Of a stretch of DNA of 64,000 bases, positions 9,849 to 18,247 are shown in pieces. A program made the translations under genes and the position numbers. The stretch's first letter is position 1. Each line of letters starts with the position of its first letter. A model generated the notes under the pieces. It made no database searches and was not told where the DNA came from. It worked only from the letters and a program-made list of their open reading frames with translations. The DNA is taken from positions 128,001 to 192,000 of the forward strand of contig OZ252100.1 of NCBI GenBank assembly GCA_965248435.1. The letters are read 5' to 3'. The DNA comes from Candidatus Latescibacterota bacterium (lineage in GTDB: Bacteria > Latescibacterota > UBA2968 > GCA-2709665).

Positions 9849-10433
9849 ATGCTGAAGCGACTGTATGACTGGGTAATGGGATGGTCTGATAGCCGCTACA
9901 GCACCCCCGCACTCTTCTTCATTGCCTTTGCCGAATCTTCTTTTTTTCCTATTCCTCCCGATGTCCTCCTGATCGCCCTGGCGATTTCCGCTTCACATCG
10001 CTCCCTGTTTTACGCGCTGGTCTGTTCTGTTGGCTCCGTGCTGGGTGGAATGCTCGGCTACTTCATCGGGCTGGAGTTCTATGAGTTCCTGGGCCACCGA
10101 ATCATAGAGTTCTACGGGGTGTCGGAGCAGTTCGACTACGTCGGGGGCCGGTATCGGGAGAACGCCTTCCTCGCCGTGGTCATCGCGGGATTTACCCCGA
10201 TCCCCTATAAGGTCTTCACGGTCGCGGCCGGCCTGTTTCGCATCCCTTTCTTCACGCTCGTGGCGGCTTCGGTTTTGGGGAGGTCCGGGCGCTTTTTTCT
10301 GGTGGGCGGGCTGTTTCGTTTCTTCGGTCCATCCATCAAGACGCTCATCGACCGCTATCTCAACATCCTGTCGATCCTGTTTGTGATCCTTCTGGTGCTC
10401 GGGTTTATCGGGATGAAATGGATGATTGGCTAG
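9849..10433 (+). CDS. YqaA/DedA (VTT-domain) membrane protein
   Basis: AFAESSFFPIPPDVLL and GFTPIPYKVFT motifs. Confidence 0.9.
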   Translation: MLKRLYDWVMGWSDSRYSTPALFFIAFAESSFFPIPPDVLLIALAISASHRSLFYALVCSVGSVLGGMLGYFIGLEFYEFLGHRIIEFYGVSEQFDYVGGRYRENAFLAVVIAGFTPIPYKVFTVAAGLFRIPFFTLVAASVLGRSGRFFLVGGLFRFFGPSIKTLIDRYLNILSILFVILLVLGFIGMKWMIG

Positions 10434-10572
10434 AGGCGGACCGCAGACGACGGACCGCAGACCGCATTATGAGTAGCGTGATGTTTCAGGGTTAGGCCGT
10501 CCGTTGTCTGTGGTCGTGAAGAACAACTTTGTCACTTTCTTTCGTGCTTTGGCGAAGACCTCGCCGGCTTTT

Positions 10573-10701
10573 GTAGTCGCACCCTTCAGGGTGCGCGCAG
10601 GCAATCACGTTCGTGAGGGGTCGGCGATCACATAGAAGCGATGCCATTTCGCGCCTGTTGCGAATCCTTTGAGCGTGCCGCAGGCTGAAGCCTGCGACTA
10701 C
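10573..10701. repeat. GTAG-family REP doublet (REPIN-like)
   Basis: GTAG-TCGCACCC-TTCA-GGGTGCG at the left end and inverted CGCAGGC-TGAA-GCCTGCGA-CTAC at the right end. Confidence 0.75.
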
Positions 10702-11963
10702 GGTTTTGAACTCTCCTCGACTCTTTCCCTCACCGGTCCTTTCTGCGCCTCATTGTACAATTCCTCGAACCGCTTCGTTCCGTCGTCATCCACCGCCTCC
10801 AGGTAAGCGCCCCGTTCGCTGATCGGCTGGGCCTCCAGCGCATAGACCCCCCGGAGTTTCTGCTGACCGCATCCGTACCAGGTGATCTCTCCGCTTTTCC
10901 GCACGTAGCGAAGGAGGTGCCTGGGCGGGTCTAAGAAATCGTATTCCACCTGCGTTCGATCCAGCTGCGCCAGATCCAGATCGATCCCCAGCCCAGGGGC
11001 CTCAGGCACTCGGATGACCCCGGCCCTGACTTCCAGCCTGGGAAGGATCAGCTGATGCTGATAGATGTTCATGCAGGTGATGGCCGGCCAGGTAGCCGGG
11101 GAGATTACGGCGCCGAGGTGCATTGCCCACGCTGTCGTAACGCCGGTCCCTGTGAGTTGCAGAAAGAGCGGTTTTTTCGCCTCGTGGCAGATGACAGCCC
11201 GGGAAAGGGATTCAGAGGCGCCCCTGTTGATGACGAAGCCGTCCACGATCTCTTCCTTGAGCGCCGTTAGGACGGGTGGACTTCCGAAGTGCATGGCGAT
11301 CGGCCGGTTGATGTGCGTTCGGATCTGACGGTTTCCAGCGACGTCGTCTTGAGGGATCGGCGTCTCGATCATCGCGACTTCCTCGTAGCGCTCCAGCTCC
11401 TTCAGGTGGGGGACCGCGTTCGCCGCGTTGACGAGTGAGCCGTTGTAGTCCAGGTCCAGGTGGAACCCGGCCGGCACCACCTTTTGCACGGCCTGGATCG
11501 CTGCATGGAGATCGAACCAGGGCCTCGCCTTCGTCTTGGTGCTCGTGTAGCCTGCCTCGACCGCCTGACGGCACTCCTCCGCCCAGCCTTCCGGCGGCAT
11601 GTCCATCGTCCACCAGCTGATCGGACACGAGTCCCGCACCTTCATCCCGAGGAGCTTGTAGACGGGCACCTCGAGATGTTTGGCGAGCCCGTCGAACAGG
11701 GCGATCTGGACCCCGGCGCCGAGCTCGTCGTCCCACATCAGCTCGGCTGCCTTGCGGCCCAGGATGCGGTCCTCGATGTCGTCGGGCACCCTGCAGTAGG
11801 TGTAGTTTTGAATCGTTTCGCCGATGCCCGTGATGCCGTTGTCGAATTCGATTCGGCAGATCTGGGTGATCCGCCAGTGGGGGATCCAGTACTGAAGGTG
11901 TTGGTTGGCGTGAGGAGTGAACGGGATGTCGTGGAACGTCAGGTCGATGGATGTGATCTTCAT
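10698..11963 (-). CDS. mandelate racemase/muconate lactonizing enzyme family (enolase superfamily)
   Basis: ALFDGLAKHLEVPVYKLLG, KxK (TKTKARPW), LDLDYN, MIETP, VPEAPGLGIDLD. Confidence 0.88.
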   Translation of the reverse strand: MKITSIDLTFHDIPFTPHANQHLQYWIPHWRITQICRIEFDNGITGIGETIQNYTYCRVPDDIEDRILGRKAAELMWDDELGAGVQIALFDGLAKHLEVPVYKLLGMKVRDSCPISWWTMDMPPEGWAEECRQAVEAGYTSTKTKARPWFDLHAAIQAVQKVVPAGFHLDLDYNGSLVNAANAVPHLKELERYEEVAMIETPIPQDDVAGNRQIRTHINRPIAMHFGSPPVLTALKEEIVDGFVINRGASESLSRAVICHEAKKPLFLQLTGTGVTTAWAMHLGAVISPATWPAITCMNIYQHQLILPRLEVRAGVIRVPEAPGLGIDLDLAQLDRTQVEYDFLDPPRHLLRYVRKSGEITWYGCGQQKLRGVYALEAQPISERGAYLEAVDDDGTKRFEELYNEAQKGPVRERVEESSKP

Positions 11964-11995
11964 TAGGCACCTTCCATTTCCGAGAAAATTGGCGT

Positions 11996-12024
11996 GTAGA
12001 GACGTCCCGATGGGGCGTCTCTAC
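11996..12024. repeat. GTAG-family REP palindrome
   Basis: GTAGAGACGTCCC-GAT-GGGGCGTCTCTAC. Confidence 0.75.
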
Positions 12025-12052
12025 TGTGTGCCAAACGGTGCGATGCGCGTTG

Positions 12053-12385
12053 CTATAGATATCGTTTCCTTTCCGCGAGCATCCCGAGGCCAATGAACGC
12101 TGCGACGATCACAGGTGCGAGGTAGCGATCTCCGAAGTATAGAAATGCCTTCGATATCAGCGGCGTCATCCAGACGGCCAGCATGCCGTAGCCGAACGTG
12201 CAGAGCAGGATGAAGACCAGGGTTCTGACCAGAAAGGGTCGAGTGCGCACGGCCTTCTTCACAAAACGGTTGACGTTGTCGCCGAAGACAACCAGGAGGA
12301 CGAGGGTGAAAGCGGTCGAGATCGTGGCCAGGTGTGTGCGGGCGAATGCGGTGACCTGGGTAAGTAGATCAGGCAGTGAATCCAT
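12053..12385 (-). CDS. DUF3392-like small membrane protein
   Basis: LLVVFGDNVNRFVK..R..F..R..FIL.CTFGYG pattern, three TM helices, ends AERK. Confidence 0.7.
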   Translation of the reverse strand: MDSLPDLLTQVTAFARTHLATISTAFTLVLLVVFGDNVNRFVKKAVRTRPFLVRTLVFILLCTFGYGMLAVWMTPLISKAFLYFGDRYLAPVIVAAFIGLGMLAERKRYL

Positions 12386-12581
12386 CGGATCTCCATCGTA
12401 TCAGCGGCAAGAGGAGAATTGTGACGACCCCGAATATCGGACGCGGCCGCTTGAAAGTCAACCTGACCCCAACGTCCAACCCCGGGTGGGTTCTGAGAGA
12501 CCATTCTTGGAGAATTCTGCTTGCCGCGCTTCGGATTTCTTGTATTTTTAGCAGGCCAATTGAGCTTATTCGAAAAAGGGT

Positions 12582-12658
12582 CGGGGCGTGGCTCAGCCCG
12601 GTAGAGCGCCTGCTTCGGGAGCAGGAGGCCGGAGGTTCAAATCCTCTCGCCCCGACCA
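12582..12658 (+). tRNA. tRNA-Pro (anticodon CGG); integration hotspot
   Basis: CGGGGCG/CGCCCCG acceptor stem, CCTGC-TTCGGGA-GCAGG anticodon arm, GGAGG-TTCAAAT-CCTCT T-arm, CCA. Confidence 0.97.
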
Positions 12659-12669
12659 AGCTTAAGACA

Positions 12670-12724
12670 AACGGACACTGAGGGTTACGGTGAAGACTGA
12701 AACACACCTCAGTGTCCGTTTTTT
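12670..12724 (+). terminator. terminator-like hairpin after tRNA-Pro(CGG)
   Basis: AACGGACACTGAGG/CCTCAGTGTCCGTT 14-bp stem, 23-nt loop, T-tract. Confidence 0.7.
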
Positions 12725-12916
12725 GTTGCCCTGCTAACAGGGTGCTAACAAGAGAGTTATTTCTGCCACTCTGTCACAGGCATGGGTTGCTTAAGTTCGG
12801 TTCGGAATCTTCGGTCATCGGCAAAAGTTGAAAACTTTTCAGAAGTCGACTATGTTTGGTTGGGTGGGCTATTCAGGATTGTTCAGGATAAATCGCTAGG
12901 GAGCTGGAGAGACAAA

Positions 12917-13423
12917 ATGGAGCCCGCTGTTGCAGGTCTTCTAGGTGCGCTTATTGGAGGCGGGGCCGCCATTGGTGCCGCCTTCGTAGCAAGCTGGCTG
13001 CATGGACGATCGGAACGTAGAGCGTGGATACGAATCAGGAAAGCTGAAGCCTACGCGGCATCTATTGCCCATCTCCTTCGAGCTGTGAACAAAAGGTCGG
13101 AGTTCACTCCAGAGGGGGTGGCCGTTCTCGGAAAAGATATTATTGCGGAGTGGGTCGACGAGATTAGCGACGCCCAGTCGTCTATAGCGGTTCTGGCGGT
13201 TTACTGTTCACAGAAGGTGAAGGGCCGGATTGAGAATGCTGTGACCGAGATGGACAATGTCACCTTCCATCTCCTACAGGCGGCAGCAAAAGCGAAAGCA
13301 GGATACACAGAATCGGAGGCCTCCGCGACGCTTGATAAGCGTCCACTTCCCCAGGTACTCCTAGAGCTATACGAGACAGTGAAATCATGTGCTCGCGAGG
13401 ACGTTGGCAACTTGAGTGTGTAA
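12917..13423 (+). CDS. hypothetical protein with N-terminal Gly/Ala-rich TM helix (island cargo)
   Basis: GGAG RBS before ATG 12917; AVAGLLGALIGGGAAIGAAFVASW followed by a helical domain. Confidence 0.7.
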   Translation: MEPAVAGLLGALIGGGAAIGAAFVASWLHGRSERRAWIRIRKAEAYAASIAHLLRAVNKRSEFTPEGVAVLGKDIIAEWVDEISDAQSSIAVLAVYCSQKVKGRIENAVTEMDNVTFHLLQAAAKAKAGYTESEASATLDKRPLPQVLLELYETVKSCAREDVGNLSV

Positions 13424-13535
13424 TAGACTAAGCGGCTGGTTCATTTGTAGAGTGGGCCGTGATCTCGGTCGCTCCGAGAGAGCGGACGCCTGGTTCGTCC
13501 GGCGGCCCATTTTCTCCTGGGAGGAGGAGTGTTAG

Positions 13536-13907
13536 ATGGATAAGCCTTTATTTGGGCATGGGCAAAAGTGGCTTGCCCCACGCGTTGAGCTCCCGGAATT
13601 TGAGGAGGAAAATCCGGTAATCTGGCTGAAGTCACACTTCAAGATTGTTGAGCCGCATGTCTTCGACGCCTACGCCTTTGAAAATCTTACTGTGGAGGAT
13701 ATCGACTTCCTCAACGATCTATACGATCTGCCGAGACGCGGACGCCCGGGCTTCGAAGTCTGGATAGGCACTTTCCACGAGGTCAACTGGAGGTTCGAGC
13801 TCCAATATGGGGACAAGGCCCGGATCGAGGCAGGGTGCTTGAGGGGAAAGCATCTCGCATCTGGCGCTCGATTCACATCAGCCAGCGTGTCTTCGAGCCT
13901 GCACTAA
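13536..13907 (+). CDS. hypothetical protein, probably 3'-truncated where it runs into the integrase remnant
   Basis: GGAGGAGGAG RBS before ATG 13536; last codons overlap the integrase fragment out of frame. Confidence 0.5.
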   Translation: MDKPLFGHGQKWLAPRVELPEFEEENPVIWLKSHFKIVEPHVFDAYAFENLTVEDIDFLNDLYDLPRRGRPGFEVWIGTFHEVNWRFELQYGDKARIEAGCLRGKHLASGARFTSASVSSSLH

Positions 13908-14145
13908 AGGCTGCCGGGATCCGCAAGATTCGGCTCCATGATCTGAGGCACACCACAGCTTCCTTATTAATCGCCCAGGGCGAAAGTCCCAAGTACATCC
14001 AGAAACAACTGAGGCATGCCTCCATTGATAGAACCTTTGTGACCGATATGGCCACTTGTTTCCAGATACGAACCGAGCTGTTGCCCGCAGGCTTGACCAA
14101 GCTCTGTTCGGCGCTACTGGACAGGTTGCACAGGCGTCCTTATAG
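13880..14145 (+). pseudogene. C-terminal fragment of a tyrosine recombinase/integrase, frameshifted
   Basis: RVFEPALKAAGIRKIRLHDLRHTTASLLIAQGESPKYIQKQLRHASI; an extra GT at 14039-14040 shifts the DRYGHL (catalytic Tyr) segment out of frame; no N-terminal half. Confidence 0.9.
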
Positions 14146-14194
14146 ACGGTAGGATGGTTCTGAGAATCTGCGACCCAACACGGAGACGATTCAC

Positions 14195-16786
14195 GTGCCG
14201 CTAGAAGAGCAAATCGTTGAGTGGAGCACCTCACGGCCGCCTTGGCAACGGGCGGTACTCAGAGCAGTTGCCCTGGGGGATGTGCTTTCCGACAAGGACT
14301 ACGACGAGTTAGTGGACGCCCTTGTGGCATCCAAGGAGGTCGGGCACGCTAGCTTCGGCCTCGAGCAGCTTCCACAGGTAGACGCCTTCGACCCTTCGGT
14401 CACGCTTCTCTCAATCACAGACCCCGAGCACGTAAACGCACTCGCATCCGATAAGCCGCTCACTTTCGAGCCGACCGGCTTCACCATCATCTACGGTGAC
14501 AACGCGAGTGGAAAATCGGGCTACGCCCGGCTATTGAAGCGCATCGCTCGCGCGCGGCATCAGGAGGAAGTCATTTCGGATGTCTTCCGCGACTCGGCGC
14601 TCGCGAAGCCAAAGGCAGCCCTCACGGTGAGAGTCGGAGGCGACAAAACGTCGCTCACCTGGCCAGAGTCGGCCCGGCCGGAGCTGCAGCGAATACTCTT
14701 CTACGACGAGGCATGCGGAGACGCCTACATCGGAACGGAGTCCGACTTCCCCTATCGGCCTTCAGCCCTCTTCGTAATGGACGGCCTCATCGAAACTTGT
14801 ATCGCCATCAGAAGCCGCATCGATACCAAACTGGAAGAAAACGCGAGATCCGCGAAGGCCTTGCCCGTGGTCGACGAAGACGTCAAGCAGACCGAGGTCG
14901 GCAAGTACCTGGCGCAGCTCTCAACGAGCTCCTCGATCGAGGCTCTGGACTCGCTCATCGGCAAGTTAAACGCGTCGACGGAAACGATCGACGACCTCAA
15001 GAGCGAAGAAGCCCGCCTGCAGAGCGCCGACACGATCAAGGAGATGCAGAAGCTCACAAGGCAGGCCGACAAGCTCGACTCGCTGCGAACCCACCTCCAG
15101 GGCCTTCAAGGGGCGTTGGCAGACGACGCCGTCACAGCTTTTCAGGAACGAAGGGACCGGCTGCGAGCGCTCGAGGAAGCGGCCGACCTTCTCGCGAAGT
15201 CCTTCGAGTCAGAGCCGCTCTCTGGAGTTGGGACATCACCCTGGAAGGAGCTGTGGGAGTCGGCACGCCGCTTCTCGGAAGTCAGCGCGTACCCCGACGA
15301 CGCCTTCCCGGTCGTGGCAGAGGATGCTTATTGCGTACTGTGCCAGCAGCTCCTTGAGGAAGACGGCCGTGAGCGTCTCTCTCGGTTCGAGCGCTTCGTT
15401 CAGGATGACACTCAGACGCGGCTCCGAGCAGCTCGCGACAACTGGGGCGCGCGGGTTGAGACAATCAGCAACCTCCGCACCGCGCCCGAAGCGGTCGAAA
15501 TGAACCTGAAGGACCTTGAGGCGGAGCACGCGGATCTCGTTTCCGAGGCGAAGGAGCTTCTCTCGAAGTACGAGGCCGCTCGTGCGAGCGTCGTCGATGC
15601 CCTTCCGGGCACCGGTGACCTTCCTCGCAATGGTCTCAGACCATCGGACACGAACTCTCGGCTCGAGGCAGCTGCTGCGGCAGCGAGGTCAGCAGCCGAA
15701 GGCCTTTCGAACCCGGAGACCATCAAGGAGCGGCTCGCGGCCATCACGACCAGGAGGAAGGAGCTTGAGCTTCTCCAAGAGGTCAAGAGCCGGCGCAAGG
15801 ACGTCGCCGATGAGATCGCACGCATAAAAGAGCGCGAGGTACTCGAAGCGGTCAAGAACGCCGCCGCGACGGGACCGATCACCAAGAAAGTCCTGGAGCT
15901 CTCCGAGGGCAACATTACAGAGGTGGTCCGCGACACCTTCACTCGCGAAACTGACCGCCTACACCTCGAGCGCGTAACCATCGCGAAGACGCGGGGCGAC
16001 AGGGGAGCGCTGCTGCATCAGCCCAAGCTCGTCGGCGCACGTCAGAGCGTCACGCTGCCGCGCGTGTTGAGCGAAGGCGAGCGAACGGCCCTCGGTCTCG
16101 CCGCATTTTTTACTGAAGCTCACCTCGACGCTTCCAAGTCCGCCCTCATCCTGGATGACCCGGTCAGCTCACTCGACCATATCCGTCGGGGACTCGTCGC
16201 GGCTCGTCTTGCAGCGCTCGCCGAGACCCACCAGGTTGTCGTTTTCACGCACGACACCTCCTTTGTATTGGACCTCAGGCGAGAGGCGAAGGGCCTGGGC
16301 GTCCCCGTTGGCGAGCGGTCAGTGACAAGAGGGCGTGGAGGAGAAAGAAAGCCCGGGACATGCAGCACCAAGCACCCATGGAAAGTTAAGGACGTTCCCG
16401 AACGCCTCGGAGAGCTTCGTAACGAGCTGGCTCGCATCAAGAGAGACTGTGGGGACTGGGACGAGGAAACCTACGAGAACGAGGTGGCCACATGGGCGGG
16501 GAACCTGTCGGAAACGTGGGAGCGCGTCTTTAGCCAGGAGGTGGTCGGACCCGTTTTGGCGGAGGGAGGGCTGGAGGTTCGCCCGAATATGGTGAAGATC
16601 CTGGCCCGCTTCTCAGAGGACGACGAGAGAGAATTCCAGGCCAGCTACAGTCGCGTCTCGCAGTGGGTAAAGCGCCACGACAAGAGCGGGATGGTGAACT
16701 ACGTCGCACCCGAGATCGGCACGCTTCAAGAGGAGCTCGAACGGGTGGACAAGTGGTTCAAGCGAGTCAAGGGATACAAGAATTAG
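14195..16786 (+). CDS. Rad50/RloC-like ABC-ATPase with coiled coil, Zn-hook and putative C-terminal effector domain
   Basis: Walker A GDNASGKS, central CVLC hook between coiled coils, LSEGE signature, LILDDPVSSLD Walker B/D-loop, VFTHD H-loop, about 170-aa helical tail. Confidence 0.85.
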   Translation: MPLEEQIVEWSTSRPPWQRAVLRAVALGDVLSDKDYDELVDALVASKEVGHASFGLEQLPQVDAFDPSVTLLSITDPEHVNALASDKPLTFEPTGFTIIYGDNASGKSGYARLLKRIARARHQEEVISDVFRDSALAKPKAALTVRVGGDKTSLTWPESARPELQRILFYDEACGDAYIGTESDFPYRPSALFVMDGLIETCIAIRSRIDTKLEENARSAKALPVVDEDVKQTEVGKYLAQLSTSSSIEALDSLIGKLNASTETIDDLKSEEARLQSADTIKEMQKLTRQADKLDSLRTHLQGLQGALADDAVTAFQERRDRLRALEEAADLLAKSFESEPLSGVGTSPWKELWESARRFSEVSAYPDDAFPVVAEDAYCVLCQQLLEEDGRERLSRFERFVQDDTQTRLRAARDNWGARVETISNLRTAPEAVEMNLKDLEAEHADLVSEAKELLSKYEAARASVVDALPGTGDLPRNGLRPSDTNSRLEAAAAAARSAAEGLSNPETIKERLAAITTRRKELELLQEVKSRRKDVADEIARIKEREVLEAVKNAAATGPITKKVLELSEGNITEVVRDTFTRETDRLHLERVTIAKTRGDRGALLHQPKLVGARQSVTLPRVLSEGERTALGLAAFFTEAHLDASKSALILDDPVSSLDHIRRGLVAARLAALAETHQVVVFTHDTSFVLDLRREAKGLGVPVGERSVTRGRGGERKPGTCSTKHPWKVKDVPERLGELRNELARIKRDCGDWDEETYENEVATWAGNLSETWERVFSQEVVGPVLAEGGLEVRPNMVKILARFSEDDEREFQASYSRVSQWVKRHDKSGMVNYVAPEIGTLQEELERVDKWFKRVKGYKN

Positions 16787-17044
16787 ACAGTTCTACCAGG
16801 ACGAAATGTGAGCTGGTCGAGTACTCGGGTGCCGGAGATTCGCTTGGAAATTAAGTTCTTGCTCCTCGCTGTAGTGACCTTGCTGCATAACACGCGTTTG
16901 CAGATTCTTGCTAACAGCCTGCTAACGAAGCAACCCAAAATAGCCCGAAAGAGGCTTTATTGAACAAATAAAGAGATTCGTATAACTTGCTGCCGCAAAA
17001 CCGGATGGCCCCTGCCTGCGCAACCGTCGATCTGACGTCAAACG

Positions 17045-17091
17045 GCTTCGGGAGCAGGAGGCCGGAGGTTCAAATCTTCTCGCCCCGACCA
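17045..17091 (+). repeat. att-site copy of tRNA-Pro(CGG) 3' end (junction of elements 1 and 2)
   Basis: GCTTCGGGAGCAGGAGGCCGGAGGTTCAAATCTTCTCGCCCCGACCA; lacks the 5' acceptor strand and D-arm. Confidence 0.95.
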
Positions 17092-17157
17092 TAAATAACA
17101 AAGGGTTACGGACTCGCCCCTCGAAGGTTTGCCCCCCGAAGGTTCACCCCCGAGCAC

Positions 17158-17674
17158 ATGTCGCCCGATCTGGTCGCGTGCCTCGGGGAGACACGCACAT
17201 GGCTCGGGAAGCGCCGTGGACTTCTCCCGCCCGAAGCATCCACATGGCGACGCCTGCGCTCCTGGCTCCGGGCATCATTCGGCGTTCTCGCTCCATATCT
17301 ACGAGATCAACCATGCAGCATCGAGGAGGCTCGGCGGGATCGTCGAGGACGCCGCCGCGCTCTGCCTGGCGAGCGATTGGAGCTTGCACGAGATCCCGAA
17401 CGCCTACGCCGACGGATAGATCCATGAGGAGAAGCTCCGCGTTACCGCAGAGCTTTTGTTCGAGGCCTACCTAAAACTCGAACGTCTCAACGTGTGGACC
17501 GGCGTCGGCCTCTATCCTCGGCAATACAATCCAGGGTTTTATGTGGATCTCCGCCCGGCCGATCATCCGGCCTACCGGTTCCGATGGTGGAGGGAGGGAC
17601 CAGGGCTCTACCCGGAACTGACCTGGCAGGCCTACCGCGACGCGATGGGATTCCCTACGATCGTAGGAACCTGA
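17158..17674 (+). pseudogene. peptidase M15A-like (Zn peptidoglycan peptidase/endolysin-like) pseudogene
   Basis: MSPDLVACLGETRTWLG, frameshift, HHSAFSLH..LASDW, in-frame TAG at 17417-17419, then GVGLYP..GFYVDLRP..RW in the same frame. Confidence 0.6.
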
Positions 17675-17734
17675 AATTCATTAAGCCTTTTTCGATTCTC
17701 GCCGATATAAGATAATACGATCAACTATCCCGCG

Positions 17735-17770
17735 AAGGGCGTTGGCTTCCAGTATGGGCCAGCGCCCTTT
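17735..17770 (+). terminator. terminator-like hairpin
   Basis: AAGGGCGTTGGC/GCCAGCGCCCTT stem followed by a T-rich tail. Confidence 0.55.
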
Positions 17771-17848
17771 GTGTTTTGGCTAAAACCATTGTCAAAATTG
17801 GATTCGAAAAGTATATTTAGGGAAAGCTTTAGGCAGGAGGTTGATGTT

Positions 17849-18061
17849 ATGTGGTTCGAGGTTGACTATAGGGATTGGCAAGCGAAGGCCGCAAAGACTC
17901 AGGCCGGCTGGGAGGTCTCGATAAGCAGCAGGCGCGGGGAGGTCAAGAGAGGGTATTTACTCCCCGATGTTGCGGATGAACAAGCAGCCTTGGACCGAGG
18001 CCAGGAGATATTCCGTGAGCAGTTTCGTGAAGCAAAAGACGCCGGAAAGCCGTTTCCGTGA
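17849..18061 (+). CDS. small hypothetical protein (70 aa)
   Basis: AGGAGG RBS at 17835-17840 and ATG at 17849. Confidence 0.6.
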   Translation: MWFEVDYRDWQAKAAKTQAGWEVSISSRRGEVKRGYLLPDVADEQAALDRGQEIFREQFREAKDAGKPFP

Positions 18062-18201
18062 CTGTGACCAAAACGTGTCCACGGAGGGTCCTAATTGTGC
18101 ATCCAAAGGGTAGGGGAAGTGCCTCGCTAAACGTCAACCATCTCAATGGGATTTCATAACTTAAATTAATTCCTGACACTTAGAAAACACGTCGGTTCAT
18201 T

Positions 18202-18247
18202 CTTCGGGAGCAGGAGGCCGGAGGTTCAAATCCTCTCGCCCCGACCA
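18202..18247 (+). repeat. outer att-site copy of tRNA-Pro(CGG) 3' end
   Basis: Perfect 46-bp match to 12613-12658. Confidence 0.95.

Larger units (their letters stand above)
12612..17091. mobile_element. degenerate integrative element 1 in tRNA-Pro(CGG) (about 4.4 kb)
   Basis: 47-bp direct repeat of the tRNA 3' half (12612-12658 vs 17045-17091, one mismatch at 17077); integrase remnant inside; paired TGCTAAC repeats near both ends. Confidence 0.88.
17092..18247. mobile_element. degenerate integrative element 2 (about 1.15 kb, prophage-like remnant)
   Basis: Bounded by tRNA 3'-end copies at 17045-17091 and 18202-18247; contains a broken M15-type peptidase and one small ORF. Confidence 0.8.

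Noticed and set aside
13530-16905. Integron cassette sites (GTTAGAT before 13536; GCATAAC near 16885)
   Set aside because: No complete attC palindrome and no integron integrase; 7-mers of this kind occur by chance
17045-18247. Two additional tRNA-Pro genes
   Set aside because: Both lack the 5' acceptor strand and D-arm; they are att-site duplications of the 3' half
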